This document shows positions 8,135 through 13,750 of a stretch of 13,750 bases of DNA, in pieces (the first letter of the stretch is position 1; each line of letters opens with the position of its first letter). The stretch is from a virus: the UHGV virus genome UHGV-0180054; one strand, 5' to 3'. The position numbers and the translations under genes are program-made. The notes beneath the pieces are model-generated. The model worked only from the letters and a program-made list of their open reading frames with translations, ran no database searches and was not told where the DNA came from.

Positions 8135-8225
8135 ATAATCTATTCCCCATATAATAAATCACACCCCAAATTAAATCATAATACATAATTAAATCTAACG
8201 CCTCGCTGCACCAGAAGAAGTCATG

Positions 8226-9557
8226 TTAACGCTTATCATGGAACTTTTTCCATTTTGTCATCAACTTTCCAGCATCAAGTTCTACATGATGCGGTTGTAG
8301 AGTTTTTCCCTCAAACATAGTTTTGTGGATACAATTAATAGAGAAATGAACCGTTAAGTCTTCTGGATTAATCCCCATTAATCCTTTATCAAACATTCGG
8401 TGTAAACTTACTTCAAGTAACAGGCCATTAGATGTGTTATTATTTGCCGATTCTGTTATTGCTTCAATATGTGCGGCTTCCAATATCCCCTCTGGCAATG
8501 GATAGCCAGTAATAGCACATCTGCCATTGAAGTTATCCCAAACACGGCGTTTGAAATCAGCTTGATCTCCAGCATGACGGACTTTGTGAGTAACCTCGAC
8601 TGTTCGTCCTGTAGCACAGGTATCGTTTGCGGCCTTGAAAGGATTAGTTAGACTTTCATTAATGGCTATATCCGTTCCATCCATGATAAGAGATATTTCA
8701 TTATTGGGTTCGTGTGATGTTAATGGACTTATGTACTGATTGCTTAAAAAAGTCATACTAGATTCTTCATCAGTCGCGAGTTTCCACGCTTCTGATTGTG
8801 TCATTGTTAGCAATGCCGTTTGATAAACTTGCTTATTAAAATAACGTTTATCTTTCTTGTCACTCCCCATATTAATAGTACTAGATTTAATCGGAAGTGT
8901 TTTATCACCAATTAGTAGATCACGTATTTCTACAGTCTCTTCTAAGGTATCAATAGGAGCTACTATAGGGTTAGTAAACGGGTTATCTACATGATCTACG
9001 TGGTTGTGTCGTAAATGCCACTCTATAGCACTATCTTTTATATGTATCTCGCAGACAGGGCATACAATAAGCCCCATAGATGTTACAGGTAGCTTTTTGC
9101 CACCGATTAAGCGTAATGTATTTGCATTCTGGTTATGTACTTTCTTTTGGTTCTGTGTCAGTACACTACGCTTAGCCTCTAAACGGGTCGGAATCTTAGC
9201 AAGATTAAGCGATTTACGGCTCTCTTGTCTCTCAAGATCATAGATCCGAATCCCTGCTTCAGTTTTGATTTTTGTCCACATAGAGATAGAACTAAGGAAT
9301 TTATGTCCATGTACTTTTTCATAATCAGCATAAACTTGCAAAGTAGCAGTGGAACTATCTAATCCTTTTTTACGGAGTGCTGTATATTGCTGAAAAAGAT
9401 TAATAGCATGAGCTGTAATAGAGCGCCTATTCTCTATAATTTGCGCTTTTTTTGCTGCTTGTTCTGCTTGCAATGCTTTTTGTTCAGGGGTAAGCGACTT
9501 CTTTTTGGTTTTCTTGGTTCTTTTCTTACTCAAAATTTTCTTACTGTTATTGTTCAT
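8226..9557 (-). CDS. HNH (HNH_2-type) nuclease-domain protein with lysine-rich N-terminus and central Cys/His cluster, 443 aa, hotspot cargo
   Basis: ORF 8226..9557 minus, ATG start with AAAGG upstream. C-terminal residues ~341-410 read GRCAITGYPLPEGILEAAHIEAITESANNNTSNGLLLEVSLHRMFDKGLMGINPEDLTVHFSINCI, matching the C-x-x-TG ... AHI ... NGL ... H-x-x-FD signature of HNH_2 (PF13391-like) endonucleases. Residues 5-40 are a K-rich basic tract; residues 166-189 CPVCEIHIKDSAIEWHLRHNHVDH resemble a zinc-binding motif. About 33-38% GC. Confidence 0.75.
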   Translation of the reverse strand: MNNNSKKILSKKRTKKTKKKSLTPEQKALQAEQAAKKAQIIENRRSITAHAINLFQQYTALRKKGLDSSTATLQVYADYEKVHGHKFLSSISMWTKIKTEAGIRIYDLERQESRKSLNLAKIPTRLEAKRSVLTQNQKKVHNQNANTLRLIGGKKLPVTSMGLIVCPVCEIHIKDSAIEWHLRHNHVDHVDNPFTNPIVAPIDTLEETVEIRDLLIGDKTLPIKSSTINMGSDKKDKRYFNKQVYQTALLTMTQSEAWKLATDEESSMTFLSNQYISPLTSHEPNNEISLIMDGTDIAINESLTNPFKAANDTCATGRTVEVTHKVRHAGDQADFKRRVWDNFNGRCAITGYPLPEGILEAAHIEAITESANNNTSNGLLLEVSLHRMFDKGLMGINPEDLTVHFSINCIHKTMFEGKTLQPHHVELDAGKLMTKWKKFHDKR

Positions 9558-9666
9558 TTTGCAAGCCTTTAATCTAATTCATGGAAAGGGGCATTCACTT
9601 GCCCTGTATCCAGTAAACTGACATAACACGATATAAGCAAGCTCCGTAATTCTTTCATGTTAATCA
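9558..9666 (-). promoter_or_regulatory. Intergenic region between A stop and the 443-aa cargo gene; candidate terminator/promoter for the cargo cassette
   Basis: 109-bp gap; weak hairpin (stem around 9588-9592 / 9601-9605) followed on the minus strand by TTTCC; weak sigma70-like hexamers (TTGCTT-17nt-TTTACT on the minus strand). Assignment is speculative. Confidence 0.25.
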
Positions 9667-11943
9667 TCAATGGTCCATTGTGAATCCCGCCCCCTCATAA
9701 GCGACCGGATACGTGAACTTTTTCCCGTCATAATTTACGGTTGCCCCACGCGCCAGCGCCTCAAGCTCCCATCGCTGCGGCCTGATACCGTTCTGAGCAA
9801 GGTCAACGCGGATACGGGTAATTTGCATTCGTTCCGACCGGGTCATTCTGGCCGATGGCGCTATTTCATGCGGTTTTAACGGGCTTCCGTTTCTTTGCTG
9901 ACGATTTGGTGTTCTCATGTCGTGTTTTAATGCGCCCCTGAGCGCCCTCACGACCTCCGGGTCATTCCATTCGATAACACCGTCATCTACCAGATTAAGC
10001 ACTGCTGCGGCGTGTTCAGAAGGTGTGGGAGCCGGTAACGAAGTATCACCACCGGTGAGCTTTCCACAGTTATTGACAGGACTCCGAGGCGCGGCGATGC
10101 CGCTTTTTAAAGTCAAAGGCTCAACGACCGGAACTTTCGGCACAATGCGCCAGTCCGTCGTTCTGGTGATATGAATATGACGCGCGCCGAGATGCGGCGC
10201 GTAAATGCCGACCACTCTCTCGACTTCTTCCTCGTACTCGTTAACGTCATCCGACGGGCTACGGGCGACCCTGACAGTCTGACAATCGCGCGGGACATTT
10301 GCCCCGCCCTGCGCGCTGATATACAACGCAAAATCACCACTGTCTGCAGCGGCGCGTGCAGCCTCGACGCGCTCGTCAAACTCATCAGCAATGCTGACGC
10401 CGCGAGGCAATTTGCGTAGTTCACGGTAAGCCCCCATTGTCGGCAGACCAACCGTTTTAAATTGCGGGATGCGCCACGTTGACGCCCATGCGGTAACAGC
10501 CGCGGCAGTATCTTTCAGCGGTCTGCCGGTATCATTATCGAGCTGACCATCCAGTGCATAGCCGTCGATATTTTTTGAGATGTATTTCGCGATATACCCC
10601 GCAGCACCGCCCCGGTTAAGATGTTTTGCCTGAAAACGGTTTCGCGCGGCTCCTCTTTCGTCTCCATCCTCTTTGAGCGCGTAGCGACGCATGATTTCAA
10701 TAATCTGGTTACGCTGGCGTGGATTACAAAAAAGCATCATATGCCAGTGCGGCGTTCCGTCGTGGTGTGGCTCGACGACACGCAAACCGTAGACCTGTAA
10801 ATCATTATCCTTGAATGCCGTGCGCATCAGGCTCCAGATACGGCAGAGATAACGCTGCGCATCCTTTGGATTAAATGCCTCATCGTTCCAGCCGTGATTA
10901 AGCTGCACGGTTTTACTTTCGCCTTTTCCGACCTGACGTGTCGGGTGATACTTTGACGGCGCGGTCAGCGTGATAAACATCCCCACGTCACCCTCTGCAG
11001 CGGCGTAACGCTCAATACCGGCAATGGTGTTCATCAGCTCCATCCGGCGAATTTCAGGATTAGAAATACTGCCCATCACCTTACTGATAAGGTCGATGCG
11101 CTCGCCGGTTTCCCTGTTCTCAAGGTCACACGATTTAAGAAACTCCAGATTTGCCTGGCGGCGCGCACGCACATCACGAATGGCATGTTTACTGGCATAA
11201 GGAGAACGGTCTTTATTGACCTCCCCGACAGCAATCAGTAACGCCTCATGCCAGCGCATACGCTGGCCTTTAAGCTGATGAGTCCACCACTCATCGTTAA
11301 ACAGGCGGGCAATGGCAGAATATGCCTGCCTCGTGGTCATCTGTCCTTTACGGTATTTTTTCCAGTAGAGAGGGGAAATATTGAAAGCACGTGCAGCGCC
11401 AGCAACATGACCATAGAGGTGAGCCTGCGCCTCATCCGTAAACAGCGATTCTTTCTCGCCATGCGCATCCACCCAGGCATCGCAGAGTTCCTCATACATC
11501 ATGAAAAGCTGTGATGAGATACGGGCGGCAAACTTTTTCAGCTCCTTGTCATTCATCCCCGGCAGGCGCGCATAATGGTCACGCTCTGCCAGAAACAGCA
11601 ACGACGCGTCGGTGTTCATTTCATGGCGCTGATTCACGCGCTCAATGCGCGGCCATAAACGACGCTGAAAAGTGGATGTGAGGAAATAAAACCCGTGCAC
11701 CGGGCTTTTATTGCGCCGGATGTAGTCATAGCGTGAAGTAAACAGCGAGCGCAAAAAGTAAGGCAGGCGGTTAATCGTGGATAAAACACCTTGCACCTGA
11801 CGCATCTCGTCACGTGTAAGGGGTCTTTCGCGCCCGACGGCCTCGCGTGGCGCGTTCCATGCATAAGCACCGGTAAACGTCTTACCGGTGCCTGCGGCAA
11901 ATGCTGACGGAGGGACAAAATGCCCGGAGGCTTTAACGGCCAT
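9667..11943 (-). CDS. A: Replication initiation protein, rolling-circle endonuclease (P2 gpA-like), ~758 aa
   Basis: ORF 9667..11985 minus begins with TTG in the track; first ATG at 11943 (MAVKASGHFVPPSAFAAGTGK...) matches the P2 A N-terminus as I recall it. Contains HUH-type motif (PHWHMMLF) and paired-tyrosine motif (AAGYIAKYISK) typical of rolling-circle initiators. Last gene of the early operon. Confidence 0.9.
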   Translation of the reverse strand: MAVKASGHFVPPSAFAAGTGKTFTGAYAWNAPREAVGRERPLTRDEMRQVQGVLSTINRLPYFLRSLFTSRYDYIRRNKSPVHGFYFLTSTFQRRLWPRIERVNQRHEMNTDASLLFLAERDHYARLPGMNDKELKKFAARISSQLFMMYEELCDAWVDAHGEKESLFTDEAQAHLYGHVAGAARAFNISPLYWKKYRKGQMTTRQAYSAIARLFNDEWWTHQLKGQRMRWHEALLIAVGEVNKDRSPYASKHAIRDVRARRQANLEFLKSCDLENRETGERIDLISKVMGSISNPEIRRMELMNTIAGIERYAAAEGDVGMFITLTAPSKYHPTRQVGKGESKTVQLNHGWNDEAFNPKDAQRYLCRIWSLMRTAFKDNDLQVYGLRVVEPHHDGTPHWHMMLFCNPRQRNQIIEIMRRYALKEDGDERGAARNRFQAKHLNRGGAAGYIAKYISKNIDGYALDGQLDNDTGRPLKDTAAAVTAWASTWRIPQFKTVGLPTMGAYRELRKLPRGVSIADEFDERVEAARAAADSGDFALYISAQGGANVPRDCQTVRVARSPSDDVNEYEEEVERVVGIYAPHLGARHIHITRTTDWRIVPKVPVVEPLTLKSGIAAPRSPVNNCGKLTGGDTSLPAPTPSEHAAAVLNLVDDGVIEWNDPEVVRALRGALKHDMRTPNRQQRNGSPLKPHEIAPSARMTRSERMQITRIRVDLAQNGIRPQRWELEALARGATVNYDGKKFTYPVAYEGAGFTMDH

Positions 11944-12208
11944 GTGAGCCAAAAGCCTCTGAACAACGCTTGCTGAGTTGCTCAACCTGCGCGTTTAAAT
12001 CAGCAAAAGACTTTGCGCTTCCGGTCAGAATATCGTGATGCATCATGCCGGAAACGAGCTGGCTTAATTTCGGGTAATAACCAACCACCGCCAGCCATTC
12101 CTGACCGGCGTTTTTACCACTTTCAGCTCTCTTTTTCTCGTGGAGAATAAACTGAAAGCTGTCACTGGTAACGACATAACGTTCGCCAATTTCAATACGA
12201 ATACTCAT
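11933..12208 (-). CDS. Small early-operon protein (P2 orf83 position), 91 aa
   Basis: ORF 11933..12208 minus, ATG start with GGAG 8 nt upstream; overlaps A start by ~11 nt and is coupled to the upstream ORF by ATGA; function unknown. Confidence 0.6.
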   Translation of the reverse strand: MSIRIEIGERYVVTSDSFQFILHEKKRAESGKNAGQEWLAVVGYYPKLSQLVSGMMHHDILTGSAKSFADLNAQVEQLSKRCSEAFGSHGR

Positions 12209-12429
12209 GCCATTCTCCGGTAATGCTTGTTTTTTGCTTCAAAGACTGACTGGCAGGAAACACAACGCGTGACTGACGGATAAGCCGCACGACGGGCAGC
12301 AGGTATTGGCGCGTCACACTCTTCGCAAACCAGCGCAGAAACACCGCAATGCTTTACCCTTGCCGCGTTAATCTGGCGCTCCAGTAATTCAGCCTGTTGT
12401 TCCTGAATAAAATCTACGTTGTCCGGCAT
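12205..12429 (-). CDS. TraR/DksA-family C4 zinc-finger protein (P2 orf82 position), 74 aa
   Basis: ORF 12205..12429 minus, ATG start with AGGAG 7 nt upstream; CEECDAPIPAARRAAYPSVTRCVSC gives C-x2-C-x17-C-x2-C, the spacing of TraR/DksA-type zinc fingers common in P2-like early operons. Confidence 0.7.
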   Translation of the reverse strand: MPDNVDFIQEQQAELLERQINAARVKHCGVSALVCEECDAPIPAARRAAYPSVTRCVSCQSVFEAKNKHYRRMA

Positions 12430-12731
12430 TACCAGCTCCTTTTGTCGTTCAGCTTCTTAAATTCATCAGCGCAATAGCTGGCGATTTCTGTCGTTAATTT
12501 TGTCAGTTCATCCACGGATGAAATTTGCTTATGAAATACAGCGCGTTTAACAAGTAAATTGACCACATCAGACAGGAGATTTAATTCGTTCTGATAAATC
12601 GCGAAAACAGATTCAGTTATTTCGCGTTTTTCTTTATCAAGACCAAGTTGAATAAGAGACAAATCGCCATTTTTCATAACGGCGATTTTTAAGGCATTGT
12701 TCAGTAATACAACTGAATGAGAACAGGACAT
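12429..12731 (-). CDS. Small early-operon protein (P2 orf81 position), 100 aa
   Basis: Track ORF 12429..12734 starts with TTG; first ATG at 12731-12729 with GGAGG upstream; start overlaps upstream stop (TGATG); function unknown. Confidence 0.6.
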   Translation of the reverse strand: MSCSHSVVLLNNALKIAVMKNGDLSLIQLGLDKEKREITESVFAIYQNELNLLSDVVNLLVKRAVFHKQISSVDELTKLTTEIASYCADEFKKLNDKRSW

Positions 12732-12955
12732 CAAAGCACCTCCCCGCGAGACAATCCGATGTTGTGAAATTTTTCCGACTCCTGACTGAGCAGCTCGACT
12801 ATCTCCACGCGGGATAACTCCGCCTTTGTGATGTGGCGAATCATGGCGTCAAGATGAGAAGAAAAGCGCGTCGCTGCGTCGGCCTGTGCTTCGGCTCTGG
12901 CCTGTTGCAGCAGTAATGCGTATTTACCGCACTGATTTTCAGAAACTGTATGCAT
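12731..12955 (-). CDS. Small early-operon protein (P2 orf80 position), 74 aa
   Basis: Track ORF 12731..12988 begins at a non-ATG codon (ATT); first ATG at 12955-12953 ([18 protein letters not shown]...) with GGAG 6 nt upstream; function unknown. Confidence 0.55.
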   Translation of the reverse strand: MHTVSENQCGKYALLLQQARAEAQADAATRFSSHLDAMIRHITKAELSRVEIVELLSQESEKFHNIGLSRGEVL

Positions 12956-13018
12956 GACTTTCTCCAGGCAAAAAGAAGCCCCGCACAATTAAGTGCGTTA
13001 AAAACTCTGGTTAATTAC

Positions 13019-13519
13019 TTAATGCAGATATTGCTCTGGTTTTACCGACGTCAGAATTGTCGGTGCATACTCAAACAGACTGAATAATTCACGTAATGCA
13101 CGGAATAAAGCATCACGCCAGTAACATGATTCTTCATTAATTCGCCAGTATGGCTGGTTGAATTCTTTTTCAGTCAATCCGGCATGCATAAATAAAGTAC
13201 GACGCTGACTGACTGTTAAAAAACTAATATATGCATACTCACTTGCGCCAACCTGACGGCGTTTTGAGAATGCCCCACGCAATTCATCAATTGCACAAAC
13301 CAGCCGTTCACGTTCGACGTCGTTCATTTCTTCAAAACGCATCGTTGCGTGACGCTGTTTTAACTGCGCATGAAAGCAAACCGTTAACCGTTCGCGCTCC
13401 ATCATCTGATTATAATAATCACATGTATCCTGCCAGCGAGGGACGGCAAGATGCTTACCAATTATCCGGCGCATAGCTGCTGGCTGTTTCTCAACGAGAT
13501 TAAGCGTCATCACTGTCAT
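13019..13519 (-). CDS. B: Replication protein B (P2 gpB-like, helicase-loader type), 166 aa
   Basis: ORF 13019..13525 minus; second ATG at 13519 (MTVMTLNLVEKQPAAMRRIIGKHL...) has GGAGGG at proper spacing and gives 166 aa; sequence recognised as P2 B; located between cox side and the orf80-83 cluster. Confidence 0.8.
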   Translation of the reverse strand: MTVMTLNLVEKQPAAMRRIIGKHLAVPRWQDTCDYYNQMMERERLTVCFHAQLKQRHATMRFEEMNDVERERLVCAIDELRGAFSKRRQVGASEYAYISFLTVSQRRTLFMHAGLTEKEFNQPYWRINEESCYWRDALFRALRELFSLFEYAPTILTSVKPEQYLH

Positions 13520-13686
13520 TTCCATACCCTCCGGCTTTTCAGAAAGGTCAGAGCCTTCTTTAACGGACTCTGTTTTTTGGTGCGGATAATGATTCCCTTA
13601 CGCCCCTTACCGTGGGTGATGGTGAAGTCAATCGCCCTGGGGCTTTCGTTACGCAGTAACTGAGCAATACAACGAGGTTCATTCAT
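13516..13686 (-). CDS. Small basic protein between cox and B (P2 orf78 position), 56 aa
   Basis: Track ORF 13516..13710 begins with GTG; in-frame ATG at 13686-13684 preceded by a strong AAGGAG Shine-Dalgarno; product MNEPRCIAQLLRNESPRAIDFTITHGKGRKGIIIRTKKQSPLKKALTFLKSRRVWK is K/R-rich; stop overlaps B start. Confidence 0.5.
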   Translation of the reverse strand: MNEPRCIAQLLRNESPRAIDFTITHGKGRKGIIIRTKKQSPLKKALTFLKSRRVWK

Positions 13687-13696
13687 ACGGTTCTCC

Positions 13697-13750
13697 TTAA
13701 CGTGGTTCACCGAGACCTAACCACATCAACCAGCCGTCACGAATCTCTTT
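13697..13750 (-). CDS. cox: Cox (excision/immunity-switch control protein), C-terminal 17 codons plus stop (5-prime part outside the window)
   Basis: Reverse complement of 13697..13750 translates KEIRDGWLMWLGLGEPR then TAA, which I recognise as the C-terminus of P2 Cox; position upstream of B on the same strand fits the P2 early operon. Confidence 0.55.
   Translation of the reverse strand, partial: KEIRDGWLMWLGLGEPR

Noticed and set aside
8469-9572. Plus-strand ORFs 8469..8651, 9004..9243 and 9387..9572 antisense to the 443-aa cargo gene
   Set aside because: Short, with Phe/Leu/Cys-rich products expected from antisense reading of an AT-rich gene; no ribosome-binding sites; the long minus-strand ORF with a clear HNH motif explains the region.
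11944-11985. Upstream extension of A to a TTG at 11985 (MSNSASVVQRLLAH...)
   Set aside because: The first ATG at 11943 gives the MAVKAS N-terminus I recall for P2 A; the extension would overlap the upstream ORF by ~50 nt.
1-13750. Search for tRNA, CRISPR repeats, IS/transposase or integrase/att sites
   Set aside because: No repeat-spacer periodicity, no tRNA-like structure noticed by eye, and no transposase or integrase ORF. In P2-like phages int and attP lie on the far side of cox, outside this window.

Overview
This 13.75 kb window is a slice of a P2-like (Peduovirus-type) temperate phage genome, read opposite to the standard P2 map and spanning the cos junction, so it comes from a prophage or a circular/concatemeric form. 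Left part (1-7611): lysis genes (lysA partial, K endolysin, Y holin), tail X and head genes L, M, N, O on the minus strand, then terminase ATPase P and portal Q on the plus strand, converging on a 19-nt P2/186/P4-type cos sequence at 7568-7586. Right part (9667-13750): the early replication operon on the minus strand (cox C-terminus, a small basic ORF, B, four small coupled ORFs including a TraR/DksA-like zinc finger, and rolling-circle initiator A). Between A and cos (7587-9666), where P2 carries orf91-tin-old, sits a ~2 kb AT-rich two-gene cassette (about 33-38% GC against about 60% in the phage core). It encodes a 443-aa protein with a lysine-rich N-terminus, a Cys/His cluster and a C-terminal HNH_2-type nuclease motif, followed by a 139-aa protein with no motif I recognise. 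This slot is the known variable exclusion/defence locus of P2-like phages, so the cassette is the best candidate for an undescribed anti-phage or toxin-immunity system. No tRNA, rRNA, CRISPR array, transposase or integrase was seen. All calls rest on reading the sequence and on recalled P2 biology; no database search was run. The ORF track uses alternative start codons, so several starts were moved to the first ATG with a Shine-Dalgarno.
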